Assembly (NCBI RefSeq): GCF_963921235.1
Contig: NC_086105.1
Location: 41,292,001-41,356,000, forward strand
Origin: Mobula hypostoma
Taxonomy: Eukaryota
Direction: 5' to 3'
Length of the DNA stretch: 64,000 bases
Position numbers and translations under genes: made by a program. The notes under the pieces are model-generated. The model did not search any database. It worked only from the letters and a program-made list of their open reading frames with translations, and was not told the origin of the DNA. Below, one piece after another: positions 1 through 14,100 of the stretch (the first letter of the stretch is position 1; the number at the start of each line of letters is the position of its first letter).

Positions 1-200
1 AAACTGAGAAAATATCAAGAGCTGAGAGGTTGCATCTTTGAGCTAAAAGAAATGAATGCTGAGATGGTGAATACAATAATAATGAGTTTTAAAATTTACT
101 ATATTCTGGAATATTTCCAGCAGAATAAAAGATAACAAATGTAAGACTGCTCAAGATGGATCAATTAATTAAGCCAGAGGCATGAGAGAATCATAATATG

Positions 201-1767
201 TCTGCATCCTAGAGTGCTTAAGGAAGTAGCCCAAGAAATAGTGGATGCATTAGTGATAATTTTTCAAAACTCGTTAGATTCTGGGCTAGTTCCTGAGGAT
301 TGGAGGGCGGCTAATGTAACTCCACTTTTTAAAAAAGGAGGGAGAGAGAAACCGGGGAATTATAGACCGGTTAGCCTAACGTCGGTGGTGGGGAAACTGC
401 TGGAGTCAGTTATCAAGGATGTGATAACAGCACATTTGGAAAGCGGTGAAATGATCGGACAAAGTCAGCATGGATTTGTGAAAGGAAAATCATGTCTGAC
501 GAATCTCATAGAATTTTTTGAGGATGTAACTAGTAGAGTGGATAGGGGAGAACCAGTGGATGTGGTATATTTGGATTTTCAAAAGGCTTTTGACAAGGTC
601 CCACACAGCAGATTAGTGTGTAAACTTAAAGCACACGGTATTGGGGGTAAGGTATTGGTGTGGGTGGAGAATTGGTTAGCAGACAGGAAGCTAAGAGTGG
701 GAATAAACGGGACCTTTTCAGAATGGCAGGCGGTGACTAGTGGGGTACCGCAAGGCTCAGTGCTGGGACCCCAGTTGTTTAAAATATATATTAATGACTT
801 GGATGAGGGAATTAAATGCAGCATCTCCAAGTTTGCGGATGACACGAAGCTGGGTGGCAGTGTTAGCAGAGAGGAGGATGCTAAGAGGATGCAGGGTGAC
901 TTGGATAGGTTGGGTGAGTGGGCAAATTCATGGCAGATGCAATTTAATGTGGATAAATGTGAAGTTATCCACTTTGGTGGCAAAAATAGGAAAACAGATT
1001 ATTATCTGAATGGTGGCCGATTAGGAAAAGGGGAGGTGCAACGAGACCTGGGTGTCATTATACACCAATCATTGAAAGTGGGCATGCAGGTACAGCAGGC
1101 GGTGAAAAAGGCAAATGGTATGCTGGCATTTATAGCGAGAGGATTCGAGTACAGGAGCAGGGAGGTACTACTGCAGTTGTACAAGGCCTTGGTGAGACCA
1201 CACCTGGAGTATTGTGTGCAGTTTTGGTCCCCTAATCTGAGGAAAGACATCTTTGCCATAGAGGGAGTACAAAGAAGGTTCACCAGATTGATTCCTGGGA
1301 TGGCAGGACTTTCATATGAAGAAAGACTGGATGAACTGGGCTTGTACTCATTGGAATTTAGAAGATTGAGGGGGGATCTGATTGAAACGTATAAGATCCT
1401 AAAGGGATTGGACAGGCTAGATGCAGGAAGATTGTTCCCGATGTTGGGGAAGTCCAGAACGAGGGGCCACCGTTTGAGGATAGAGGGGAAGCCTTTTAGG
1501 ACCGAGATTAGGAAAAACTTCTTCACACAGAGAGTGGTGAATCTGTGGAATTCTCTGCCACAGGAAACAGTTGAGGCCAGTTCATTGGCTATATTTAAGA
1601 GGGAGTTAGATATGGCCCTTGTGGCTACGGGGGTCAGGGGGTATGGAGGGAAGGCTGGGGCGGGGTTCTGAGTTGGATGATCAGCCATGATCATAATAAA
1701 TGGTGGTGCAGGCTCGAAGGGCCGAATGGCCTACTCCTGCACCTATTTTCTATGTTTCTATGTTTCT
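201..1767 (+). mobile_element. Young 5'-truncated CR1-clade LINE (ORF2 reverse transcriptase, open ORF 214-1671)
   Basis: RT motifs QHGF, YLDFQKAFDKV, GVPQGSVLGP, FADD; 3' (TTCTATGT)n tail; direct repeat ATAATATG at 193-200 and 1768-1775 (TSD). Confidence 0.95.
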
Positions 1768-1775
1768 ATAATATG

Positions 1776-2075
1776 CTTAGGCCAAATCAACATGGCTTTA
1801 TGAAAAGGCGAATGAGTATGATAAATCTAAATGAGTGTTTTGAACATGGGATTATCAAAATAGGTAAGGGAAAAAGGTGCAAGCATTATTTTTAGATTTT
1901 CTGGAGGGATCACACAAAGAAAAATTTTGAAGTTGGGAATACTGTAATAGCATGAACAAGTGGTTAATTGAAGAATACTAAGCAAATTAGAAAATATCAA
2001 ATTGCTTTCAGCTCATTTGGCTGCTAATAACAGGATGCCACAAGTATCAGTAATGGGCCCCCAGGTATTTCAAAT
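1776..2075 (+). mobile_element. Old degenerate CR1 RT remnant (continues 1-192), interrupted by the young CR1
   Basis: Decayed RPNQHGFMK...MINLNECFE motif immediately after the TSD; upstream flank resembles the ANVT region of CR1 RT. Confidence 0.6.
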
Positions 2076-2409
2076 ATAGATGAAAGCTGCCTTGTCCTCT
2101 TCTCATGGACTTTAGCTGGCCTAACTACTCTCAACACAGAAGTCATCTTTCCTGCTTCGACTTCATCCACACAGAACTTAAGGTCTGTGAACTGCCTTGT
2201 CTCAAGTGTCTCCCGGTTAGCCATGTATGTAAAAAGACAAAAACACAAAACACTTCCAATAGTGTTGAAACAATATGGGGGTGACTGTATTTATCCTGAC
2301 TTGAATTAGTATACTAAATTCATATAATAATTGCCAACATCAATGCAGACTGGCATCAAATATGATGTATTTTCCCTATAGACCCCTGCCTAAGCCATAC
2401 TGGCATGAA

Positions 2410-2816
2410 GAGGCATGAGTTAAGGGAGCTAGGGCCTTACTCTTTGGAGAGAAGGAGGGTGAGAGGAGAGATGATAGAGGTATACAAGATATTAAGAGCA
2501 ATAGATAGAGTGGACTGCCAGCGCCTCTTCCCCAGGGCACCACTGCTCAATACAAGAGGACATGGCTTTAAGGTAAGGGGTGGGAAGTTCAAGGGGGATA
2601 TTAGAGGAAGGTTTTTCACTCAGAGAGTCGTTGGTGCCTGGATGCACTGCCTGAGTCAGTGGTGGAGGCAGATACACTACTGAAATTTAACAGACTACTA
2701 GACAGGTATATGGAGGAATTTAAGGTGGGGGCTTATATGGGAGGCAGGGTTTAAGGGTCAGCACAACATTGTGGGCCGAAGGACCTGTACTGTGCTGCAC
2801 TATTCTATGTTCTATG
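2410..2816 (+). mobile_element. CR1 LINE 3' fragment (different subfamily)
   Basis: LRELGPYSLERRRVRGEMIEVYKI...TRGHGFKV...FFTQRVV; TTCTATG tail. Confidence 0.85.
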
Positions 2817-4530
2817 TTAACTAGATTAGTACTCCTGTTTAGAAAATATTCCATTTTCCAAGCAACTGTATCTTCACTTTGTGGTACTGATTCACTAGAC
2901 TGAATCCTCAAGTTAGGGGATTGACATATGATGAGATATTGTGTAGGATTTGCTTGTACAGTATTCCTTAGAAGCACAGACAGGGAGCTGTTGAAAGGCA
3001 GTTTCCTCTGGCTAAACAGTTTACCTAGAGAGCAGACATAATGTTAGGATGAACAGATTTACTGATGAATTGATAATACATCTCCCTATTTTGAGGAAAG
3101 TGAATCTTGTGTTCTCTAACTTAAGAGGGCTCTGGATGCTAATCCATTCAATGTACATAGGGCTGAGATCAATAAATTGATGGGCACCAAGCAAATCAAG
3201 TGATTTTTGGGCAGAAAATTCCTTGGAGCAATACTCAGTATTAAAAAGGAAAAGGCATTCATTCCCTCACAGGAATAGGAAGAACAGGAAATTCTGCACC
3301 TCATACTTGAACCATCATGATTATTTTTTCACTCATGTGGCACTTCCCTGTACTAATCCCATATCCCTTGATTCCCTCAATATCCAAACATCTACTGATC
3401 TCGTTCTTAATCTTAATTAGTGACAAATTCTCCATACTGCTGAAGACTAAAAAGAATCCAAAAGACTTAATATTCCTGATGGGTAAATATAGTCTTATCT
3501 CAGTCCTGAATAGCCAACACATTATTTTGAGAATGTTCTTGATTCCCAACCTGGTGAAATATCATCCCTGTATTTCCATATAAGAGTATTGTCTGATTCA
3601 ATAACACCACTTCACTTTCTAACTCCAGACGGTATAGGCCTAGTCTACTTCATTTCTCTTCTTAGGACAATCTCCTATCACGAGAAGCTCCTTCTATTCT
3701 AAGACAATGTTTCATTAGGTACCGGAAGAAGATGTGTACACAATATCCCATGTGTACTTTCATCAAAGTCATACACAATTGGAATATGACATTTTACTCT
3801 TGGATTCAAATCCTTTACCTGGAAGACATTTGTCCATTTGTCTTCTGCGTTGCTTATTTTATTTGCTTAGTAATTGTCACTGATTGATACACAAGGATAC
3901 ATCAATCACCCTTAATATTAATATTCTCAGCATTTTAAAAATGTAATGCTTTTCTACCAGAGTGGATGACATCATATCATTCCTCTTTTCCACCAACCAG
4001 ATTTTTCACCTACAAAAGAATCTGCTTCCATTAAAAAAGGTAACTTGAAGTTGGGGTCATGTTTCTCTGTTTTGAATTTTGAACCCATCTGCACTTTGCC
4101 ACTCAGTATTTCAGCCATTTTGAGCGATAAATTGAATGATCAAAATGCCAAAAAAAAAACAGCAGTTGGTGAAAATTTGAAGAGAAACGATCAAAAGCTG
4201 GAAATACTCAGCGGATCCAGTGTCACATGTACAAGTGAATGATCAATTATTCTGTCATTTTGATGCTTTAGTTTAAGGGAAGAACAGTGGCATACTCACT
4301 GCAAAATAAACAACCTTTCAGATAGTACAATAGTCAAAGAAAAGGAAATGTAAAGCACCATCTTCTGAGTTCAATAAATCAGAAAATACCTGTCAAGTTG
4401 TGACAGAGTACATGGTGCTACTGCAGACAAAAACTCACAATTATTGCTTACAAATGTCAGCTAGTACTTTGAGTAGAGTAAAACTAAATAATTCTAAGGC
4501 ATCTTGCTAACAAGTTAAATTGTACATTAC

Positions 4531-4635
4531 CTTCTGGCATCTCATGTGATGGACCAGATGTAGAGCTTTCTGTAGTAGTACATTTGAAACAGTCCAAAAT
4601 TATTGCAGCTTCACCCATATGAATTTTGCTACAGT
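4531..4635 (-). CDS. Putative further IQUB-like N-terminal exon (acceptor ambiguous: 4569, 4635 or 4650)
   Basis: Donor GAAG|gtaatg similar to neighbouring exons; three AG acceptors all give phase 1-1 open exons ending ...ESSTSGPSHEMPE. Confidence 0.4.
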
Positions 4636-4979
4636 CTATAATTAGAGATTCTGCTGCTGTTAGGCCTTTACTCATATTTATCGATTCAAGAATATTCAAC
4701 AGAAGAGAGAAGAAAAGTGAAAATATTAATTAAAATACATCCTAAATCTTTCAATGCCATTGATTTTTATAGACCTAGAAGTCTACAGGAAATCAACAAA
4801 ATGTAGTGACACTAACAGTAAATGCTCTAACACAGTCAATACTTACAAATCTCTCTTTACCTTCCCTACCCGTGTTTCTCCAAAGTTTTTATTCTTATCT
4901 GCACTCATTTCATTGGTTGTCACTTGGAAAGCAAACCTGTCTATGCAGGAATGTGGTAAAAATCAACAAGTCAATGAGT

Positions 4980-5427
4980 CTTGCACATCCCTTCAGTGAA
5001 TTAGTCAGCTCCATTTTGGGTACTAGCCTCCATAGTATCAAAGACATCTTCAAGGAACGGTGCCTCAGAAAGGCAGTATCCATTATTAAGGACCCCCTAT
5101 CACCCAGGACATACCCTCTTCTCATTGTTACTGTCAGGACAGGGATACAGAAGCCTAATGACAGACACTCAGTGATTCATGAACAGCTTATTCCCCTCTG
5201 CCATACAATTGCTAAATGGACATTGAACCCATGAACTCTACCTCACGTTTTTATATATATTATTTCTGTTTTGCACTATTTTTAATCTAACTATCTAATA
5301 TACATATATACTTAATTATCTACATATCTATTTTTTCTTTCTATATTATCACGTGTTGCGTTGTACTGCTACTGCTAAGTAAACAACTTTCACGACACAT
5401 GCCAGTGATAATAATCCTAATTCTGAT
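4980..5427 (+). mobile_element. Rex1/L2-type LINE 3' fragment
   Basis: LGTSLHSIKDIFKERCLRKAVSIIKDP C-terminal motif; 3' tail gataataatcctaattctgat shared with 22780-22995. Confidence 0.65.
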
Positions 5428-6936
5428 AGTTCTATGGCTCTGATTTTAGACACCTAACAAAGTGCTGCAGAAAATTGTACTACTTATGGGGAATTACAAA
5501 AATAAATAAAAAAGAAACTCAGAAGGAAGTTTGGTATTTGCTGCCAACTTATGATACCATTAATTTAAATAAAAGTTTATATTACAAACCTTTTGAGGAG
5601 TTTGACAGGTTCAAGTCAATGTTTCCCCTGACTGGAATATTAGAAACTATGCGGTATCAGTCATTCAGAGCAGAGATACGAGAAGGAATTATTTTCACCA
5701 GTGAGTGGTGAATCCTTGGAATTCACAATCAGTAAGATTGTAAATCAAGGGTCTGAGAGTTACTACAGGAGGCTGTGTTGAGGTAAATGATCTAACTGAT
5801 AACAAAACAGGCATAAGAAGATGAATGATTTATTCCTGCTTTTATTTCTTATATATTTTCAATTAATAAAAATTAGTTCAATACTAATTTTAGATTCAAG
5901 TACGTAAATGTCAAATTGTAACCATTTAGTTCTCCTGACTAATGCTGATGAAAAGTCTCAGCCCAAAATTTCAACACTTTATTCCTTTCCACAGATGTTG
6001 CCTGATCTGCTGAATTCCTTCAGCATTCTGTCTGTGTTATTACTTCTACAGAATATTTTGTGTTTACCATTTACTAATTCGCATTGTGCAAATTTGATTT
6101 TTTGTCCAAGTTAGGAATGTATGAAAAGAAACAGGCCATCCAGTCCCTCAGCCTTGTTCTGCCATTTAATCAGATTGTGGACAATATGTATCTGAACTTA
6201 ATTTAGCTATATTTGTTTCACACTTATTCACTACATTTAACAGAGGTCTCTAACTTAAAATTCACCACCTTATGTGAGAGGGAGGTTCAGATTTCCACTA
6301 TGAGATATGCTTTCTATTTTTCATATTGCAGCACAACTTTCATCTAAGATCACAGCTTGTTCCAAATTCCCTCACTGGAAGAAATAACTTCTTTGTATTC
6401 ACCTTAAAGAATCTAATAGCTTTTTAACCAACACCCCTAAATATTCTAAACTCAAGAGACAAAAATAAGTTTATACAATTCATCCATATGGTTTAATGGT
6501 TAATACACAGTAAAATGGGGAATTTGAACCAACTCTCCTTCAATCCAAATACAATTTTCATGAACTTTATGGATCAGAATACTAGCCTATAATTATGCAA
6601 TAGCGCAAGCATGCAAATTCCACTCATTTCCTTCCACAGCACCTAATCCCAGCCTACAACAGATATATTTTGTATGGTGTTTCTCATGTCCAAGGGCTCA
6701 ATCTGCAACGATATTTTCTTATTCCTTCACCAGGTATCAGCATCATAAGCAAAAGCATAATCCAAGGTACATGACTATGTTTTACCAAAAAAATGTACAG
6801 TCACCAATGCTTGTGTCCGCCATTCATTCCAGAATTTACTTATTTACCTTAATTTAAATTCTGTAGCTAATATAGCGGGATTTAATTTCATGTTACAGTT
6901 GCTCACTCTATGCCTCTGAATTACTATTCTCTAGCC

Positions 6937-7016
6937 TAGTGATTCCCAATCTGGCATCCACGGAGCCCTAGGTTAATGGGAAGGCTCCTTGGCATAAAAA
7001 CGTTTGGGAACCCCTG
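6937..7016. mobile_element. 80-bp hAT-type MITE
   Basis: Imperfect TIRs tagtgattcccaa / ttgggaacccctg; perfect 8-bp TSD CTCTAGCC at 6929-6936 and 7017-7024. Confidence 0.8.
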
Positions 7017-7795
7017 CTCTAGCCATATTTCTCTGTTCTGTGAGCTTACAAGAATGAACTTGCTTACCCTAGAGAACAGACAGTGCCAGCAGGAATTTTC
7101 ATTCTTTGAAGATTCTTGGCTAAATTATACTTTAAATGGAAAATGTACAACTGGAATATAAATTGCAAGTTGCACCATTTAGTTGGAGATGAACTCTAAG
7201 TAACCATCTGATAGCAGCATTTTGATCAGTTTAAGTTTAGAGATACAGTACAACTTCCACACTCTTCCTTCAGTTCATACTGAATAGCCGAGGCTCCAGT
7301 ACAAATGATCAAGAAGCCATGCTGTCACATCATGCTGGGACAACTATTTACACAACAAAATAGACAAAACATGAAATATGTTTTCAGTCATAATGCATAA
7401 CTAGTATTTCTGAAGTACTGCTCACTGCAAAATCACCCTGCAATTATAAAGTGAAATGTTTTAACGTTAGAGTAAAATGTGCAGTGGCTGATGCTGAATC
7501 TAATTTTGAAGTTTCTGCAATAGTATATTATAATAATTCTATCCCATTATTAAATTATGTTAACAACATAATTGTGGTCTTTATTAAAACATTAATAGTA
7601 TAAGCATGAAAAATACAAATTATTGTTCGTTGTCATTTATGTCTTGTTATTTTTCTTAACTTTTGTTTGTTCTACTGTGTTTTAACGTTGTTCAAACAAA
7701 ATTAGGTGTTAATGCAACTAATTTTAAAGGTAATGTACACCAGGATATATCCAGATATAAATAACAAGTTAAATAGTTTGAAATGTCAACATTAC

Positions 7796-7921
7796 CTGTT
7801 TTTGTTACATCAGCTAAATTTGCCTCTGGTGTTGCAATTGGACTTTTTCCCACTGTTTCATCCATTATGACTTCAGCAGTTGGACCTTCCCCAACACCAT
7901 GATTTATGATTTCAGAATCAA
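7796..7921 (-). CDS. IQUB: IQUB-like coding exon 3 (VDSEIINHGVGEGPTAEVIMDETVGKSPIATPEANLADVTKT)
   Basis: ggaatag| acceptor, CAG|gtaatgttg donor, 126 nt phase 1-1, open acidic frame continuing from upstream exons; gene name from synteny only. Confidence 0.65.
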
Positions 7922-8824
7922 CTATTCCATCAAACGAATGAACAAAAATGAGTTTGCAGCCAACACAAATATAATAAATGCCTACTGTAGCTTTTGAAAA
8001 TCATTGCTGATCATAATCTAACCACATAATCCAGCATGATTGATTGCTAAAATGATTACTGTGCACGCTGTCAAAGAAGCTGATCAATTATATGCAGCAT
8101 GATTGATTGTCATGCTGTTCACTGTCAAAGAAACCAACAAGTTTATTTTTCTGCTCTATTGCATATGTTCATAAATTTTGTGTATTGATATGCTGATTTC
8201 AGCAAAAGTGTTGGAGAAGGAAATATCAGTTACGCTTTCACAAAACAAAACATGGGAAAGTTATGCCTTTTGGTCTATATCAGTATGCATTTTTGTTCCT
8301 GGCAGCTGTAAAAAGGAAGAAATGTCCTTTTGTTTATTAAATAGGTGAATACTCCATTCCCCTTCTTTCCAATAACCATTAACTCAATTGGCATCCCCTC
8401 CCCATTCTTATCCATTGTGCTCCCTGAACAAAATAATCCCATGAAACGGAACATCCGTCTTGATAGTCAATGGCCATACTGTCCTACACTCCTGCATATC
8501 AATTCTTCAATCATTTTTCTCACTAGCCTTACTTATTCTTCATAAATTTCCACAAATATTGAACTCCCAAAAAGCAAAAAAAAATACAATTACAGATATT
8601 GGAAGTCTAAAATATTAAAAAAAAACAGAAAATGTTAGAAATATTCAGGAAGTCAGACAGCATCCATGGGGACAGAAATCTTTCAGGTCAATGATCTTTT
8701 ATCAGAACTAGGCAAAGTTTAAAAAAGGCACGTCATTTTAAGTTGCAGAAAATGGGGAGGGGTGAAAAGAACAAAGGGAACATCAGTGATAGGTTGAAGA
8801 TCAAAAGGGAGGCTGAGTGAAATA

Positions 8825-10238
8825 CACTCAGTGGCTATTTCATTGGGCACCTCCTGTACCTAATAAAGAGGCCACTGTGTGTATGTTTGTGGTCCTCTGC
8901 TGTTGCAGCCCATCCATTTCGCTTTGAGATGTTGTGCGTTCAAATGCTCTTGTACACACCACTGTTATAACAGGAGATTATTTGAGTTACTGTTGTTTTC
9001 CTACCAGCGGGCCATTACCCTCTGATCTCTCTTATTAACAAGGCATTTTTGCCCACAGAGCTGCCACTCACTGCTTGTTTTTCGCACCACTCTCTGCAAA
9101 TTCTAGAAACCACTGTGCGTGAAAATTTCAGGAGATCAGCAATTTCTGAGATACTCAAACCAATCCGTCTCACACCAACAATTATTCCATAGTCAAAGTC
9201 ATCTTCAGAAGTTTTCTGATGACTCTGCCATAGTTCATCAGCAAGGGAGATGAGGCTGAGTACAGGGCTACGGTAGGAAACCTTGTCACATGGTGTGAGC
9301 AGAATTATCTGCAGCATAATGTGAAAAAGACTAAGGAGCTGGTGGTGGACCTGAGGAGGGCTAAGGCACCGATGACCCCTGTTTCCATCCAGAGGGTCAG
9401 TGTGAACATGGTGGAGGATTACAGATACCTGGGGATACGAATTGACAATAAACTGGACTGGTCAAAGAACCCTGAGGCTGCCAACAAGAAGGGCCAGAGC
9501 CGTCTCTATTTCCTGAGGAGACTGAGGTCCTTTAACATCTGCCGGATGATGCTGAGGATGTTCTACGAGTCTGTGGTGGCCAGTGCTATCATGTTTGCTG
9601 TTGTGTGCTGGGGCAGCAGGCTGAGGGTAGCAGACACCAACAGAATCAACAAACTCATTTGTAAGGCCAGCGATGTTGTGGGGATGGAACTAGACTCTCT
9701 GACGGTGGTGTCCAAAAAGAGGATGCTGTCCAAGTTGCGTGCCATCTTGGACAATGTCTCCCATCCACTACATAATGTACTGGTTGGGCACAGGAGTATA
9801 TTCAGCCAGAGACACATTCCACCGAGATGCAACACTGAGCGTCATAAGAAGTCATTCCTGCCTGTGGCCATCAAACTTTACAACTCCTCCCTTGGAGGGT
9901 CAGACATCCTGAGCCAATAGGCTGGTCCTGGACTTACTTCCTGGCATAATTTACATATTACTGTTTAATTATTTATGGTTTTATATTGCTATATTTATAC
10001 TCTATTCTTAGTTGGTGCAACTGTAACAAAAACCAATTTCCCTCGGGATCAATGAAGTATGACTATGACTAAAGTCACTTGGACCACATTTCTTCCCCAT
10101 TCTGATGTTTGGTCTGAACAACAACTGAACCGCTTGACAATATCTGCATGTTTTTATGCATTGACTACAAGATTGGTTGATAAGATATTTGCATAAATGA
10201 GCAGTATACGGGTACACCTAATAAAGTAACCACTGAGG
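8825..10238 (-). mobile_element. Tc1-like non-autonomous DNA transposon, interrupted by a Rex1-type LINE
   Basis: TA-preceded TIR cactcagtgg...; transposase N-terminal remnant MGKKC..SDF / FDYGIIVGVRRIGLSISEIADLLKFSRTVVSR; uninterrupted copy at 59957-60518. Confidence 0.8.
9202..10070 (+). mobile_element. Rex1/Babar-type LINE 3' fragment (ORF 9321-9920)
   Basis: KTKELVVDLRR...YRYLG..IDNKLDW...RLYFLRRLRSF; (ATGACT)n tail; 7-bp TSD AAAGTCA at 9195-9201 and 10071-10077. Confidence 0.85.
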
Positions 10239-10800
10239 TTAGATGCTGTTGATGTCAGCTGAAGGTGAAGGCTTGTTAGTTGCCATCTTGTGTGTCTGGA
10301 CAACATGTAAATAGAGAGAGATGAATGAGAACACAAGGGAGATGAAAAACACAACAACGTTATAATACTGAGATTAAGAATAACACATTTATCAGAAAAT
10401 TAAAATAAACAGAAGACTGGAAATACTCAGCCAATCAGGCAACATTGGTGGAGAGAGGAAAACTGGATTAGCATTACAGATTAATTACCTTAATGATAGG
10501 CTATTATCTGAAATCATTGAATTCTGTTAGGTCACAGGAAATATGATGTGCCCAGATGAAAGGTAAAATACTGTTCCTCTATCTTATATTGAGGTTAAGT
10601 GGAATATTAAAAGAGGTCAAAGACAGAGTGATCAGAGTAAGTAGAATGCACAATTGCTGTGACAGTTCACAGATCCAGATATTTTCTACTGCACTAAATC
10701 TCTTCCACACACACACTCACTCACCAAGGTCCCCATGTACATCATTTTTTCCATATTTGAACAGAATTAAAGTTATATTATGTGAACTTATCAACATTAC

Positions 10801-10935
10801 CTGGCTTGGAATCCTCAGCATGATCTGGTGTTACCACATGCTTTGTTTCTACTGTTTCATCTGTTGTGATTTCCTCTTGTGTCATGACTCCTTCAGCTGT
10901 ACCATCTTCCACATGGTCTGAACTTTCAGGTTCTT
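10801..10935 (-). CDS. IQUB: IQUB-like coding exon 2 (EEPESSDHVEDGTAEGVMTQEEITTDETVETKHVVTPDHAEDSKP)
   Basis: ggaatag| acceptor, CAG|gtaatgttg donor, 135 nt phase 1-1, open acidic frame; gene name from synteny only. Confidence 0.7.
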
Positions 10936-11199
10936 CTATTCCACCAAATTAATATAAATAATATTAGTTTGTGGTACAAATAGAAAAATGCTTGGGTTCT
11001 GAAAGATATAGAACCACATAACCTAACCACATAAAATCAAAATAATTGATCATAAGGCTAGCTGTTTTAAACATTGTCACAAAAGCAAGTGTAAATACCT
11101 TCCTATCAAATTGTTGGACATCAATGTGCACCTCCATACCTTTTCACAATGACTGGAGAAAGGCAAGCAACCTTTCCACAAATAAAGTCTAGTTTTTAG

Positions 11200-14100
11200 A
11201 GCATTAGAAAGTTTTTGACAAGAACAGGCCATTCGGCCCAACAAAGCTTGCCAAATTCCTATTCACATAGTGTGTTGAAATAATTATTGAGCTAAGATTT
11301 AAAAGTCTCTAAGGTACTACTTTCAACTACACAACTAGGTAGTTTGTTCTGCATGTCCACTACTCGCTGTGTAAAGAAATGCTTCCCGATGTTAGTCTGA
11401 AATCTCCCCTTAACAAGTCTCCACCTATGGCCCCATACCCTTGATGATGGATTAATTTTGAAGTAGCAGCTGGCATTCACTTCACTTGTACCCTTAATGA
11501 CTTTGAGCACTTCTATCATGTCTCCTCTCATTCTACGTCTGTATAGACTAAAATACATAATTATTTCAAACTTTCTTTATAGCTCATACCCTGCAGACCT
11601 GAAGTCTAGCCATCCTTCTCTGGACTCTCTCCAGTGCCTTCACATCCCTCACACAATATGGGGACCAAAATTGTATGCATTATTCAAGGCATGGCCTCAC
11701 AAGTGCATTGTACAGCTTAAGGAAAATATCTCTTGACTTGAACTCCACTGAGCACATTATATAGCCCAACGTTCTATTAGCCTTCCTAATCGCTTCTGTG
11801 CATTGTCTAGATGTTGATAGTGATGAGTCTACCAGGATGTCCAAATCCTTCTCATACACAGCAATTCCAACTCAAGACCCCCCATTGTATAGTTATATCT
11901 AATATTTCCCCTTCCTATATTTAATACTTTACTTACATAAACCTTCATCTGCCATTTATCTGCCCACATCTGGGTTTTGTTTAGGTCTAACTGTATTGAT
12001 TCTGTTGCCTAAATGTTATCAACCCATCCCTCTAATTACGTGTTCCCAGCAAACTTAACTTGTTTACTTGTTATGTGTTTATCCAAACCATTAATGTAAA
12101 TTAAAAATAGCAGCAGCCCCAAAACCAATCTCTGCAGAACCCCACTTTTAACATTTTCTAGGTGTAAAAATGATCCCCTCAACCTTAACTCGTTGTATTC
12201 TGTTTTTGAGCCAATTCTGTACCCATTCGCACACCTTACCCTGAATCCCTACCTCCTGTAATTTGATTATTAACGTCACGTTGGGTACCTTGTCAAAAAC
12301 CTTCTGGAAGTCCAAGTAGATGATATCAACTACTCTAATGTTATCATAAACTTTAGTTGTCTCCTCATAGGACTCCTGCATATTAGTAAAACATGATTTC
12401 CCCTTTCTGAACCCATGCTGGCTTTCTGCTAACATGCCTGTACTTATCAGCTGCTTTTCCATCTCATTCTTTATTATTGTTTACATTACCTTGCCTTTGA
12501 TACATGTTAAGCTTACTGGTTTATAGTTACCAGGGTCAGTGTGGTCACGATTCTTATACACTGGACAACATAGCCCATTTCCAGTCCTTAGGATTTCACC
12601 AGTCTTCAATGACTTTTGAAAAATATATGTTAGGGGTTTGTATATATAATCACAGACCTCTTTAAGTAGCCTTGAATATATGTTCTCTGGTCCTGGAGAT
12701 TTATTAACTTTCAGCCTTTTCAGCTGAAGCAGGATCTCACTTTCTAAGTTCTCTAAGTCACTTAAAACTATCTTATTTTTCTCTACACATACTGGCATAT
12801 TGCTGACATCTTCACAGGTGAATAGTTTAGCAAAATATGAATTAAGAATATCTGCTATGTCCTTCTCTGTATAATTTAATACCCCACTATTATTCCTAAT
12901 ACACTTAACTTCCTCCTTGACTTTTCTGACTTTTCTTTTACTACTAAAATATTGAAAAAAATTGCTTAGGGTCAATCTTAGCATTATCAGCAATATCCTT
13001 ATCAACCTGCCTCTTAGCAATCCAAATTTCCCTCTTGATTATAGCTCTCATATTTTCATATGTCCTATGATTAACATCATTTTTATTTTTTCTGTATTCC
13101 TTATATAGTTGTCTTTTCAATATTTTTGATGTATATCTATATTCATCCATGTAGTTGAACTATTTTTTTTATTGCTTCTTCCGATCTTGGGTATGAACAT
13201 TTCCTGCACTACATGTATTACCTCTTTAAATCAACCCTACAGTTCTTCAACCGGCTCAACATCAAGCAGATCCTTCCAGTTTACCTTCTGAAGTCTTTGC
13301 CACATCTGCACAAACTTTGCCTTTCTGAAATCCAACTTAATGGCTTTGGTTTTACTGATATACTCTCCCAAAGACTTGGAGACTAACAATGTTATGATCA
13401 CTTGTTCCTAAATGCTCAACAACTTCCATACTCAAAATTCTATTCTGATTGTTACAGAATATCAAATCTAGATAGGCCTCCCCTCTTGTTGGTGTATTAA
13501 CATACTGGGTCAAAAAACAATCAATCAATATCACAATTAATTCAATTTCCTGTAATCCATTAGTCACTGGGTTCTCCCACTCAATATTTGGGAAGTTAAA
13601 GTCATACATCACTATAACATTACCCTCAGAACTTGTTTCTTTTTAATATTCTGATGGAGTTATTTACTAAAATCATGACCAGCATTGGGGGGTGTATAAA
13701 GTACACCCAGTATTATTCTTTTATCCTTATAGCTTTCAATTCTCACCCAGCTATGTTCACTAAGTCTCGATTCATCTCCTATCGTAAGCAGCATCACATT
13801 TAAGTTCTCTCTTATGCATACAGCTACTCCTCCACCTTCACGATCTCGCCTATCTTTCCTAAGTAAAGTATATCATTTAATACTATATTTATCACCATCT
13901 TTTGAGGTCAGTCAGGTTTCAGTTATTGCTATTACATCAAATTTATATGCACTTGTACATTATTCTAGCTCACTTATTTTATTTCTTAATACTTCCTGCA
14001 TTTATACAGGCCATCCGTAGTCTATTACTGATGTATTTCATCCTATTCCGACCCACTTGTATACTTTTGAAGCCTGTAACTGGTTTACGTCCTAATATGT

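Noticed and set aside
579-1694. Long antisense ORFs (134 and 230 aa), repeated at 39476-40591
   Set aside because: Shadow frames of CR1 ORF2; shared only because the copies are nearly identical; no recognisable domain
2024-2248. Minus-strand 74-aa ORF after a pyrimidine tract as a further IQUB exon
   Set aside because: No AG next to the tract, no good donor, no recognisable similarity
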